Below, piece by piece: positions 1-8,974 of a DNA stretch of 32,000 nt. The notes beneath the pieces were generated by a model. That model was not told the origin of the DNA and ran no database searches. It saw only the letters and a program-made list of their open reading frames with translations. Made by a program: the position numbers and the translations under genes. The stretch comes from an uncultured Desulfobacterium sp. (GTDB lineage Bacteria > Desulfobacterota > Desulfobacteria > Desulfobacterales > Desulfobacteraceae). The DNA lies in assembly GCA_963676925.1 (NCBI GenBank), contig OY781473.1, forward strand, positions 1,218,397-1,250,396, read 5' to 3'. Position 1 is the stretch's first letter. Each line of letters opens with the position of its first letter.

Positions 1-621
1 TTCATCTCCATGGCCCATGCCCTGGACGACGGCCGGGCTGTGACCATGATCCGCAGCACCCGGGAATCCGGAGGCAATACCACCTCAAACGTGGTCTGGC
101 AGTATGGCCACATCACCATTCCACGCCACTTAAGGGATATTGTGGTCACTGAATACGGAATTGCCGACCTCCGTGGGGTAAAGGACTGTGAGGCAATGAC
201 CCGGCTGATCTGCATTGCCGACTCACGGTTCCAGACAGAACTGCTGGACAAGGCCAAGGCCGCCGGAAAGGTTCCCCAGGAGTGGCAGATTCCTCAACCC
301 TTCACCCACAACACGCCCCAGGCCCTGGAGGCGAAACTTGCGGCCTTCCGGGAAAAGGGCTTTTTTAAAAGGTTTCCCTTTGGCACCGACTTCACCGACG
401 AGGAGATCGTCCTTGGCCGGGCACTCAGACAGTTCAAACAGAGGGCCCAGGAAAACAAATTTGCCATCATGCACGGGCTCATCGGCCAGGGCCTGTCCGC
501 TATTCCGGAATCTGCCAGGCCCTATCTTGAGCGCATGGACCTTGAAAATCCCGGGAGCATGCAGGAAAGGATCATGCAGAAAATTGTTCTCTTTGCCCTT
601 AAATCCTGCGAGGCCATATAG
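1..621 (+). CDS. Acetyl-CoA hydrolase/transferase family protein, C-terminal part (5' end lies outside the window)
   Basis: Frame 1 is open from base 1 to the stop at 619-621. The translation (VVTEYGIADLRG, CIADSRF) resembles the C-terminal domain of acetyl-CoA hydrolase / CoA-transferase proteins, recognised from memory. Confidence 0.8.
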   Translation, partial: FISMAHALDDGRAVTMIRSTRESGGNTTSNVVWQYGHITIPRHLRDIVVTEYGIADLRGVKDCEAMTRLICIADSRFQTELLDKAKAAGKVPQEWQIPQPFTHNTPQALEAKLAAFREKGFFKRFPFGTDFTDEEIVLGRALRQFKQRAQENKFAIMHGLIGQGLSAIPESARPYLERMDLENPGSMQERIMQKIVLFALKSCEAI

Positions 622-704
622 GGAGACAAATCAGAATACAGCGTCCCATATGTCTTGCCGTTTAAGCCATATTCTTTGTTGCGCCACGGGGCAGATATTT
701 CATT

Positions 705-1034
705 TCAGCCATGAATGGAAAACTGGGAACTGAAATCCCCGGTGCCCACTACGGCCAGAGCATCGGCCACGGACAGCCAGTCTTCAACGGAATAGGTGAG
801 ACCCGGAATCTTGGAAAAGAGTTGATACCGGGTCTCAAGGTATTCGGCCGCTACTGCTTTATGGGCAGTACGGTACTCAAAAATAGAAAACGCCCGGACA
901 TCTTCACCCGATTCATTGTAGACATAGGTATCCTTGATCTTCACCTCTTTGGGGGCCAGGGGCAGACGGGTGTAGCAGTCGGCAACCTGATCGGCCATCT
1001 CCTGGGGGAAACGAATCGTACCAATTTTTACCAT
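705..1034 (-). CDS. Hypothetical protein, 109 aa
   Basis: ATG start at 1034 preceded by a CAGGAGA Shine-Dalgarno. Composition looks protein-like, and I recognise no family. Confidence 0.55.
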   Translation of the reverse strand: MVKIGTIRFPQEMADQVADCYTRLPLAPKEVKIKDTYVYNESGEDVRAFSIFEYRTAHKAVAAEYLETRYQLFSKIPGLTYSVEDWLSVADALAVVGTGDFSSQFSIHG

Positions 1035-1045
1035 GACATCTCCTG

Positions 1046-1077
1046 TTTGAATCTCAAATCATTTGAATCTCAAATCA
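1046..1077. repeat. Perfect tandem duplication of a 16-bp unit, TTTGAATCTCAAATCA x2; each unit holds the palindrome TTTGA-N3-TCAAA
   Basis: Read directly: 1046-1061 is identical to 1062-1077. It lies about 11 nt upstream (minus-strand sense) of the 109-aa ORF start. Confidence 0.9.
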
Positions 1078-1166
1078 ACTGAACGCCTACCGAATTTGCC
1101 GCCATCTTTACACAGGAACAAGGTTAGGTCAACTTGAATCCAGGATCGGTTTTCCCCGGCTGAAAA

Positions 1167-2657
1167 TCAGGCAGATGCATCGATCTGGCGGATAATATCG
1201 GTGAAGATAAAATAATGAAAGGGAAGCAGGGAATACCAGTAAATCTTTCCCCACACCCCCCGGGGATGGAAATAGGCCGTCACCGTTAAGCGTTGCCGTC
1301 CCCTGGCGGGCTCGACCGTGAACTCCAGCCAGGCAAGACCCGGCACCTGCATCTCGGCCCTCAGGAGCAGATGGGTGTCATAGGTGATGCGCTCCACCCG
1401 CCAGAAATCGATCACATCGTTGACCTTGAGGCCCTTGGCGTGCTTTCGGCCCCTTGCCGTTCCCACCCCGAACATCATCCTGTCGGCCATGCCCCGAAGC
1501 TTCCACAGCAGGTTGCTGTGAAACCACCCCCGCTCCCCCCCGATGCCGCAGACCGAACGAAATATGGCCTGGGCCGTCTTGGTGCTCTCAATGCTGCAGG
1601 TGCTGGTGTAAAGGGGGGGTCTGGGCAGTTGGTCAAGCCTGACGGCCAGGGAGTAATCCCTTGGATAGGCATCGGACCACCGGGTGGTAACGGTGTTGAG
1701 ATCCTCCATGGCAAGGGCCCTTTTCACTGACTCTTCATAGGAGAGAAGATCAAAGGGCAGCACCTGCCGGATGCGGTCGTCCCGGCAGACCACCTCGTTG
1801 ACGATACCCTCAAAAAGCGCACGGGTGATGGTTGCCGGCACCGGGGTGATCAGGCCCACCAGATAGGCGTTCACCCTGACACTTTGAATAAAAGACGGCA
1901 TGAACCAGGGCTTTTTATTGAGAATTCCTGCCATGATCCGGATCATTTCGCCATAGGTCAGGATGTCCGGTCCCCCGATATCAAAGGAAAGGCCTGCCGT
2001 ATCGGGGATTTCAAGCACACCCACCAGGTATTTGATGACATCCCGTATGGCAATGGACTGGCAGCGTGTCCGGCTCCATGCAGGCAGGGGAAGGACGGGG
2101 GCATCCACCACAAGGGATTTGATGATCTCATGGGCCACGGACCCCGAGCCCATGATAATGGCAGCCCTCAGTTCAGTGACCGCCACCCTGCCCTGTTTAA
2201 GGGCAGCCCCCACCTGGTTCCGGTTTCTTAAATGGGGGGACAGGGAATCCCGGGAATCGCCCAGGCCCCCGAGGTAGATGATCCGCTGGACACCCTGGCT
2301 TTCAGCCGCCTTCCTGAAATTCACGGCAGCCATGATATCCACGGCTTCAAACTCATCCTGGCCCAGGAGCATCGAATGGATCAGATAGTAGGCGCCATGG
2401 ACCCCCTTGAGCGCATCCGTGAGACAGGGAACGCTCAGGGCGTCGCCGACAACTATCTCGGCACCCGGCCACCGCTCCTGGTGGTCGGGAGAAGCAACCC
2501 GGACCATGATACGAACCCGGTATCCCCGGGCCATGAGCTCGGTAACAAGCCGGCCGCCGATGTATCCTGTGGCGCCGGTGACAAGGATGGTACCCATGGC
2601 GGAATCGGGTTCAGTGGGAAGATCGTGGCAAAAGAGCCGTTTATCAAACCTGTTCAT
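1167..2657 (-). CDS. NAD(P)-binding SDR/NmrA-like protein with a C-terminal DUF2867-like domain
   Basis: Rossmann motif VTGATGYIGG near the N-terminus. The C-terminal segment (DFWRVE, LLLRAEM, PGLAWLEF) is typical of DUF2867. The ATG at 2657 has a G-rich SD; an alternative internal start lies at 2597. Confidence 0.8.
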   Translation of the reverse strand: MNRFDKRLFCHDLPTEPDSAMGTILVTGATGYIGGRLVTELMARGYRVRIMVRVASPDHQERWPGAEIVVGDALSVPCLTDALKGVHGAYYLIHSMLLGQDEFEAVDIMAAVNFRKAAESQGVQRIIYLGGLGDSRDSLSPHLRNRNQVGAALKQGRVAVTELRAAIIMGSGSVAHEIIKSLVVDAPVLPLPAWSRTRCQSIAIRDVIKYLVGVLEIPDTAGLSFDIGGPDILTYGEMIRIMAGILNKKPWFMPSFIQSVRVNAYLVGLITPVPATITRALFEGIVNEVVCRDDRIRQVLPFDLLSYEESVKRALAMEDLNTVTTRWSDAYPRDYSLAVRLDQLPRPPLYTSTCSIESTKTAQAIFRSVCGIGGERGWFHSNLLWKLRGMADRMMFGVGTARGRKHAKGLKVNDVIDFWRVERITYDTHLLLRAEMQVPGLAWLEFTVEPARGRQRLTVTAYFHPRGVWGKIYWYSLLPFHYFIFTDIIRQIDASA

Positions 2658-2676
2658 GGGTTACCCCCCCAGTTGT

Positions 2677-3747
2677 CTACACCTTGAACCGGATGTTGAG
2701 GATATCACCGTCCACCACGGGATACTCCTTTCCCTGGACGTAGAATTTACCCGCCTTTTTAACGGCATCCTCAGACCCGAGGGCCATGAGATCGTCATAC
2801 TTCATCACCTCGGCCCGGATAAACCCCCGCTCCAGATCTGAATGAATCACACCCGCAGCCCTGGGCGCCGCAGACCCCTTGCGCACCAGCCATTGCCTGA
2901 CCTCGTCCTGGCCAACGGTGAAAAAAGATATCAATCCCAGGGCCTTGAGGCAGAGCCTTGTCAACACCCCAAGGGCCGCCTCTTCAATGCCCAGGTCTTC
3001 CAGGAACGCCGCGCGTTCCTCCTCGCTGTCCAGCAGGGCAATCTCGGATTCCACCTTTGCCGAAACAACCATGGCCTCCATACTCTGGGAGGCACAAAGC
3101 GTGTTGAACCGGTCAAGGAAAGCATCGTCACCCAGGTCGTCCTCGCCCACATTAACGGCCAGAATCATCTGCTTTCGGGTGATGAACGGATAGCTTCGGA
3201 TGAGCGCTTCATCGTCGGCGGAAATCTCCATGAGGCGCAACGGTTTTTCTTCTTCCAGATGGGCCAGCATCCGCTCCATCAGGGCAAGCTCTTTGACCTG
3301 GTCCTCGTCCTTGATTTTTTTGATCATCTCCCGGATGCGTGTGATCCTTTTTTCAACAAAGATCTGGTCGTGGAGGAGAAGCTCCTGATTCACGGTTTCA
3401 GCGTCCCTCAAGGGGTCCACCGAACCCTCGGCGTGGTAGACGGCCTCGTCTTCAAATGCCCTGACCACATGGCAGATGGCGTCCATGTCAACAATATCCC
3501 GGAACAGATCACCCCTTGCAATGGTCTCCTTTTCGATCTTGGGAAGCAGCACAAGGTCCACCCTTGCCCGGGCCTCTTTTTTGGGCTGGTACATGGCAAC
3601 CAGGCGATCAAACCGCCGGTCAAGTATCTCCGCCGTACCCGGTACAGCCTTTGGCGACCCGGACCGCTCTTTTACCTCGCTGCCCGTAAGGATCTGAAAC
3701 AGGGTCTTTTTGCCTGTCTGGGGAAGCCCGATCACTCCTACCTTCAT
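2677..3747 (-). CDS. ychF: Redox-regulated ribosome-binding ATPase YchF
   Basis: The N-terminal P-loop GLPQTGKKT, 356-aa length and C-terminal TGS-like end (GDILNIRFKV) match YchF/Obg-family architecture. AAGGATG SD lies upstream. Confidence 0.93.
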   Translation of the reverse strand: MKVGVIGLPQTGKKTLFQILTGSEVKERSGSPKAVPGTAEILDRRFDRLVAMYQPKKEARARVDLVLLPKIEKETIARGDLFRDIVDMDAICHVVRAFEDEAVYHAEGSVDPLRDAETVNQELLLHDQIFVEKRITRIREMIKKIKDEDQVKELALMERMLAHLEEEKPLRLMEISADDEALIRSYPFITRKQMILAVNVGEDDLGDDAFLDRFNTLCASQSMEAMVVSAKVESEIALLDSEEERAAFLEDLGIEEAALGVLTRLCLKALGLISFFTVGQDEVRQWLVRKGSAAPRAAGVIHSDLERGFIRAEVMKYDDLMALGSEDAVKKAGKFYVQGKEYPVVDGDILNIRFKV

Positions 3748-3961
3748 ATTGATTCATCCTTATTTAATTGATGTAATAGCCTTGGTAATCTTGTAACAAC
3801 CTTGGTCACAAAGGTCAAGAAATGGCAAATTATAGAACAATTATAATCATGGAAACGGGTATGGGGGGGTAACGGCTTCAAATAGTGATTCTATTTTTAA
3901 AAAAACCGTGGTAACTATTTAAAAATTTTAATCCACAAACATAAAAATAGGAGAATTCCCA

Positions 3962-4750
3962 GTGAAATGCCATGAGATCGACTATGAAATCTTTGGAAAC
4001 GACCTGCAGGCCGTGGAAGTGGAGCTTGATCCCAATGAAACCGTTGTTGCAGAAGCCGGCGCCATGAACTGGATGGACGACGGAATTTTGTTTGAGGCAA
4101 AAATGGGGGACGGCTCCCAACCGGACAGGGGACTGTTTGGCAAACTGCTGGACAGTGGAAAAAGAATGATCACCGGGGAATCAATCTTCATCACCCACTT
4201 TACCAACACCGCCGACACGAAAAAGAGAGTGGCCTTCGGCGCCCCCTATCCGGGCCGGATTGTTCCCCTGGACCTGGGAAACCAGGGTCAGGAACTTCTC
4301 TGCCAGAAGGACGCTTTTTTGTGTGCAGCCCTTGGGACTGAAATTTCCATAGCCTTTACCCAACGACTGGGCGTTGGTTTCTTTGGCGGGGAAGGGTTTA
4401 TTCTCCAGCGCCTCAGGGGGGACGGCATGGTCTTTGTCCACGGCGGCGGCACAATTATCAAAAAAGAGCTCAACAACGAAACCCTACGGGTGGATACGGG
4501 CTGCATCCTAGGATTTTCACCGGGCATTGATTACAATATTCAACGATCCGGCAACCTCAAGTCCATGTTCTTCGGCGGTGAAGGGCTGTTTCTTGCCACC
4601 CTCACGGGAACAGGAACCGTCTATCTCCAGACCCTGCCGTTTTCGCGCATGGCAGACCGCATCCTCCAGCATGCACCGTCAGCGGGGGGAAAGACCAAGG
4701 GAGAAGGCTCAGTACTCGGGGGAATCGGACGGATGTTTGACGGCGACTAG
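3962..4750 (+). CDS. AIM24 / TIGR00266 (DUF124) family protein
   Basis: GTG start with AGGAG 8 nt upstream. The N-terminus (YEI.G, L.VEL, AEAGAM) and glycine-rich beta-strand repeats are typical of the family. Confidence 0.8.
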   Translation: MKCHEIDYEIFGNDLQAVEVELDPNETVVAEAGAMNWMDDGILFEAKMGDGSQPDRGLFGKLLDSGKRMITGESIFITHFTNTADTKKRVAFGAPYPGRIVPLDLGNQGQELLCQKDAFLCAALGTEISIAFTQRLGVGFFGGEGFILQRLRGDGMVFVHGGGTIIKKELNNETLRVDTGCILGFSPGIDYNIQRSGNLKSMFFGGEGLFLATLTGTGTVYLQTLPFSRMADRILQHAPSAGGKTKGEGSVLGGIGRMFDGD

Positions 4751-4824
4751 CCCACGGCATTTGCCAATCATTCTACTCTATCATACGAACAGGCAATTAC
4801 GCCACATTACAAAGGAAAAGCCCC

Positions 4825-4926
4825 ATGGACAAGATGGGTTTAAAGACAAAACTGCTGTTGTCAATCTGTAGCATCGTACTTTTATCGTTGACTGTCTCCA
4901 TCTCGATCATAACAATAAAGACCTAA
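4825..4926 (+). other. Orphan 33-codon segment encoding the MCP signal-anchor helix (MDKMGLKTKLLLSICSIVLLSLTVSISIITIKT), ended by an in-frame TAA
   Basis: It is in the same reading frame as the MCP ORF. TAA lies at 4924-4926, only 5 codons before the ATG at 4942. Confidence 0.7.
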
Positions 4927-4941
4927 GCATCGTCAAAACAG

Positions 4942-6882
4942 ATGGCCATGGACATCACCATGGCAATGGCCAAAACAAATGCAACCGATATTCAAGCGGA
5001 ACTGGAAAAGGCTCTGGACGGGGCCCGGAACATGGCCAATCTCTTTACCAGTCTCAAGACCATAAAAACAATGCCCGACCGCGACGACCTTAGCCGGATC
5101 ATGGAGCAAACCCTTGTCAAAGCCCCTGACTTTAACGGCCTATGGACCGTGTGGGAGCCCAATGCCCTGGACAACCGGGACAGTGAATTTGCAGGCACCG
5201 AAGGCCACGATGGGACCGGGCGGTTCATCCACTACTGGAACACAAATGGCGGCCTCCACCTTGAGCCTGCAGTAGAGTATGAAGACGGAACCACAACCGG
5301 ATACTACACAAAACCGAGGGCCACAAACAAAGAAACACTCATGGAACCGGTCACCTATACCATCGCAGGTAAACAGGTGACCGTTGTCAGCGCCTGTGTG
5401 CCCATGACCATCGAAAACCGCTTTGTGGGAGTAACGGGGTTTGACTTTTCCATGGATAAAATGCGGGATATGATTTCAAAGATCCAGCCCTATGGCAACG
5501 GATACGGTGCCTTGGTATCAGATACCGGATTGATCGTGGCCCACCCTGTAAAAGAGTTGATCGGTAAAAACATCAAGGCGTTCGTTTCCCAGAAGACCTA
5601 CACCAGCATCCTGAAGGGAGAATCGACATCCCAGGAATTTTCAGCTGCCAAGACCGGTAAAAAAAGTATTTTTGTATTTGCGCCCATTTCTCCGGGCGAA
5701 ACCGGAGCCAACTGGAGTCTGGCCGTATCCGCTCCGGTTGATGCAATCATGGCAGAGGCAATCTCCCTTCGCAACATCAGCATCACCATTGCCGTGATCA
5801 CCCTTTTTATACTGGTTGCCGCCATTTATTTTATTGCCGATGCCATTATTGTCAAACCCATCAATCGGGTACTGATCGGCCTTTCAGACATTGCCGAAGG
5901 CGAAGGAGATACCACAAAACGCCTCAAGGTGACGTCCCGGGATGAAATCGGGAAACTTGCACGGGCCTTTAATCTCTTTATGGAACGACTGCAGGACCTG
6001 ATTAAAACAGTGACCGGCGAGGCCCGCACCATTGATGATTCAGCATCATCCCTGGTTGAAATTGCAGGGGGCATGTCCCAGGGTGCCAACGACACCTCGG
6101 AGAAATCAGATACAGTTGCGGCAGCAACCGAAGAAATGAGTTCAACCATCTCTTCCCTGGCAGGAGCAATGGAAGATGCCAGGGCAAATATCAACATGGT
6201 GGCTTCTGCAACCGAAGAGATGGCCGCGACCATCAACGAAATTGCCGGAAACTCGGAAAAGGCAAGAACCATGAGTCAGGAAGCCGTGACCAAGGCTGAA
6301 AATGCCAGCACCTCCATGACCCGTCTTGGCAGGGCAGCCCAGGAAATCGGGGTGGTGACTGAAACCATAAACGACATTTCCGAACAAACCAACCTTCTGG
6401 CTTTAAATGCCACCATTGAGGCTGCAAGGGCCGGTGAGGCGGGCAAAGGATTTTCCGTTGTCGCTTCGGAGATCAAAGAACTTGCTCGACAGACAGCCCA
6501 GGCTACTCGGCAAATCCAGGAAAGAATTGAAGGGGTTCAGTCTACTGCCAGGGGAACGGTCAACGAAATCAATGAGGTTTCAACGGTGATTGGCGATGTA
6601 AACGACATTGTTACCACCATTGCCTCAGCCGTTGAAGAGCAGTCTATTGCCACAACCGAGATATCGAACAACATCAACAGCGCATCAACCGGCATTGGTG
6701 AGGTTGGAGAAAACATGGATCAACTCAATTCTGCTTCCGATGAGATAACCAGGGACATTGCCCATGTAAACCAGGCGGCCAAAGAGATTTCAACCAGCAG
6801 CAACACTTTAAATGACGAGGCCATTGGCCTTTCTGAACTTTCAGGACGGCTCAACAAGATTATTGGTGGGTTTAAGGCTTGA
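4942..6882 (+). CDS. Methyl-accepting chemotaxis protein (double-Cache-like sensor, TM, HAMP, MA domain); as an ORF it lacks TM1
   Basis: It has a TM helix ([23 protein letters not shown]), a HAMP segment ([17 protein letters not shown]) and a conserved signalling hairpin ([35 protein letters not shown]). Confidence 0.9.
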   Translation: MAMDITMAMAKTNATDIQAELEKALDGARNMANLFTSLKTIKTMPDRDDLSRIMEQTLVKAPDFNGLWTVWEPNALDNRDSEFAGTEGHDGTGRFIHYWNTNGGLHLEPAVEYEDGTTTGYYTKPRATNKETLMEPVTYTIAGKQVTVVSACVPMTIENRFVGVTGFDFSMDKMRDMISKIQPYGNGYGALVSDTGLIVAHPVKELIGKNIKAFVSQKTYTSILKGESTSQEFSAAKTGKKSIFVFAPISPGETGANWSLAVSAPVDAIMAEAISLRNISITIAVITLFILVAAIYFIADAIIVKPINRVLIGLSDIAEGEGDTTKRLKVTSRDEIGKLARAFNLFMERLQDLIKTVTGEARTIDDSASSLVEIAGGMSQGANDTSEKSDTVAAATEEMSSTISSLAGAMEDARANINMVASATEEMAATINEIAGNSEKARTMSQEAVTKAENASTSMTRLGRAAQEIGVVTETINDISEQTNLLALNATIEAARAGEAGKGFSVVASEIKELARQTAQATRQIQERIEGVQSTARGTVNEINEVSTVIGDVNDIVTTIASAVEEQSIATTEISNNINSASTGIGEVGENMDQLNSASDEITRDIAHVNQAAKEISTSSNTLNDEAIGLSELSGRLNKIIGGFKA

Positions 6883-7663
6883 CAGCAGACAGAGAAAACC
6901 CATCGGCATCCATCCAGAATGGAAAACTGCGCCTGTATTCCTGAAGAAGGTTGTGGTAGAGGATGATGGTGCGGGTCACAGGTCCCGGGGTGTGGTGAAA
7001 CATCACCTCGCCCCCGGGATCGATTACGGAGGAATCGCCTTTGTAGACCATGGCATTGCCGTCGGTTCCCACACGGTTGACACCCACAACATAGGCCTGG
7101 TTTTCAATGGCCCTTGCAACCAGCAACGACCGCCAGTGGGCACGCCTTGATGCCGGCCAGTTGGCCACAAACAGCGCAATATCGTAGCCGTTGTTCACGT
7201 TCCGGGTCCAGCAGGGAAACCGCAGGTCATAGCAGACGAACGGAGAGATCTTCCAACCGTCAATCGTAACGATGAGTCGCTCGGTTCCCGGGGTAAAATA
7301 CCGGTCTTCTCCCGCAAACCGGAACAGATGGCGTTTGTCGTACCAGTGAATTTCGCCGGTGGCACAGACCCAGACGAGTCGATTAAACAGACAGCCGTTC
7401 TCCCGGATCAAGAGGGACCCGACCAGATCCACCCCTTTTTCCGTTGCCCTTTTTACCATCCAGGCAACAGCGCTGCCATCCATGGTCTGGGCAAGGGCCG
7501 GTGCGTCAAGGGAAAACCCCGTGGTGAACATCTCCGGCAGAACGATCAAACGGGTCGGTTCGGTGATTGACTCGAGGATAGCGTCAAACGCAGAAAGATT
7601 CTGGTCAATGTCCTCCCACGCGAGGCTTGCCTGGACAAGGGTTACAGCAAGGGAATTATCCAA
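6872..7663 (-). CDS. Carbon-nitrogen hydrolase (nitrilase superfamily, omega-amidase YafV-like)
   Basis: Catalytic-triad contexts are present: LPEMFTTGF (Glu), YDKRHLF (Lys) and FVCYDLRFP (Cys). The proposed TTG start at 7663-7661 overlaps the rho stop; an alternative ATG lies at 7699. The rest of the 346-aa ORF overlaps rho and looks non-coding. Confidence 0.78.
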   Translation of the reverse strand: MDNSLAVTLVQASLAWEDIDQNLSAFDAILESITEPTRLIVLPEMFTTGFSLDAPALAQTMDGSAVAWMVKRATEKGVDLVGSLLIRENGCLFNRLVWVCATGEIHWYDKRHLFRFAGEDRYFTPGTERLIVTIDGWKISPFVCYDLRFPCWTRNVNNGYDIALFVANWPASRRAHWRSLLVARAIENQAYVVGVNRVGTDGNAMVYKGDSSVIDPGGEVMFHHTPGPVTRTIILYHNLLQEYRRSFPFWMDADGFSLSAVKP

Positions 7664-8726
7664 GGTACTCCAGGAACCGCTGCATGGCAGTGACCTCATC
7701 CAGGCTGGAAAGGTCCCTTCGGATGCGGATCGTCTCTTCGTATTCCTGGTCGTCAAGGAGAAGATCCTCCTTGCGGGTGCCCGACTGATTGATGTTGATG
7801 GCGGGCCAAACCCGCTGCTCGGCACAGGACCTTGAAAGCACCAGGTCCATGTTGCCCGTTCCCTTGAACTCCTGAAAAATGATGTCATCCATCCGGCTTC
7901 CCGTGTCAACAAGGATGGTGGCCAGAATGGTCAATGACCCGCCGCTTTCAAGGTTTCTGGCCGCACCAAAGATCTTCCTTGGAAAGGCCATGGCGTTTGC
8001 CCCGAGGCCGCCGGTCATGGTTTTACCGTGGCTGTTGGTCTCAATGTTAAAGGCCCGTGTCATGCGGGTCAGAGAATCGATGAACACCACGGCGTCCTGG
8101 CCTGTCTCGGCACACCGGATGGCCGTGTGCATGGCAAGCCGTGTCATTCGCATGTGGTGGGCAATCTGTTGATCTGCCGAAGAATAGAACACCTGGGCCT
8201 CCCTGAGGCCCCGCCTGAAATCCGTCACCTCTTCGGGGCGCTCATCCACCAGCAGAACAAACACCTTGGATTTTGGATGGTTGAGGATGATGGAATTTGC
8301 CATGTGTCTCAATATGGTGGTCTTGCCCGATTTTGGCGGCGAAATAATCAATCCCCGCTGGCCCTTGCCAATGGGAACAATCAGATCAAGGGCCTTGCCC
8401 GTGGTGTCCTCCGGCCCCTGGCACATGGTGTAACGCTCCATGGGGTTGATGCTGGTCTGTTCCTGGAGCAGGGCGATCCGGGTGTATTCGTCAAGGGAAA
8501 GGCCATTGACCGTATGAACCCTGACCAGTGCAAGATTCTTGTTCTTGGCCCCCTTGCTTTCCCCCTCACCCACAATAAAACTGCCCTCCCTGAGATCAAA
8601 CCGGTTGATCAACGGGATAGCGACATAGGGATCTTCGGGTTCCGGCTGATAATTTTTTTCAATGGAGCGTAGAAATCCAAAGCCCCTGTCCATTATTTCA
8701 AGGTATCCCTGTATAGGTTCCAACAT
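7656..8726 (-). CDS. rho: Transcription termination factor Rho, short form (356 aa, starts at the OB-fold RNA-binding domain)
   Basis: The ATG at 8726 has a GGGAG SD 4 nt upstream. It carries GFGFLR (RNP-like motif), Walker A PPKSGKT and the C-terminal ATPase motifs (GGSLTILATILVDTGSRMDD, FKGTGNM). Confidence 0.92.
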   Translation of the reverse strand: MLEPIQGYLEIMDRGFGFLRSIEKNYQPEPEDPYVAIPLINRFDLREGSFIVGEGESKGAKNKNLALVRVHTVNGLSLDEYTRIALLQEQTSINPMERYTMCQGPEDTTGKALDLIVPIGKGQRGLIISPPKSGKTTILRHMANSIILNHPKSKVFVLLVDERPEEVTDFRRGLREAQVFYSSADQQIAHHMRMTRLAMHTAIRCAETGQDAVVFIDSLTRMTRAFNIETNSHGKTMTGGLGANAMAFPRKIFGAARNLESGGSLTILATILVDTGSRMDDIIFQEFKGTGNMDLVLSRSCAEQRVWPAININQSGTRKEDLLLDDQEYEETIRIRRDLSSLDEVTAMQRFLEYLG

Positions 8727-8974
8727 CAAACTCCCAAATAAATAATTCGATAAACAAGTGATAGATTTTTTATGTGAAATTCCCACCGAAGCATCTTCAG
8801 TGAATGCATTTCAAACTTCGTTGTGACCAAGAGCTGATACCTCTCTCCGGCCATGACGGTGATAATGATTCGGATGGCTGCCCATGATAAAGAACGACAG
8901 CTAATTTTCCATGTTACGTAAAAAACAGGCAGATTACAAGGGGCAAACCGATTTTTATTCCACCTTGCACCGAC

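Noticed and set aside
2842-3771. Long ORFs antisense to real genes: 2842-3771, 8028-8672, 9347-10054, 10094-10765, 10723-11493, 11566-12345, 13488-14033 and 13730-14302.
   Set aside because: Each lies fully opposite a gene with clear family motifs. Their translations are Arg/Pro/Gly-rich low-complexity sequence, typical of shadow ORFs in GC-rich coding DNA. None has a family resemblance or an SD.
6872-6882. 11-bp overlap of the convergent 3' ends of the MCP and the nitrilase-like gene.
   Set aside because: The overlap is real but unremarkable. Convergent stop-codon overlaps are common in compact genomes, and no structure or motif is associated with it.
7664-7912. N-terminal 83 codons of the 346-aa ORF 6872-7912.
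   Set aside because: This part overlaps the 3' end of rho on the same strand in another frame. It translates to non-protein-like sequence (TWTWCFQGPVPSSGFGPP). Homology to nitrilase-family proteins begins only at LAVTLVQ, just after TTG 7663.
8727-8786. GTG-initiated 20-codon extension of rho (MGISHKKSITCLSNYLFGSL).
   Set aside because: It has no SD and no similarity to the Rho N-terminal helix bundle, whereas ATG 8726 has a well-placed GGGAG.
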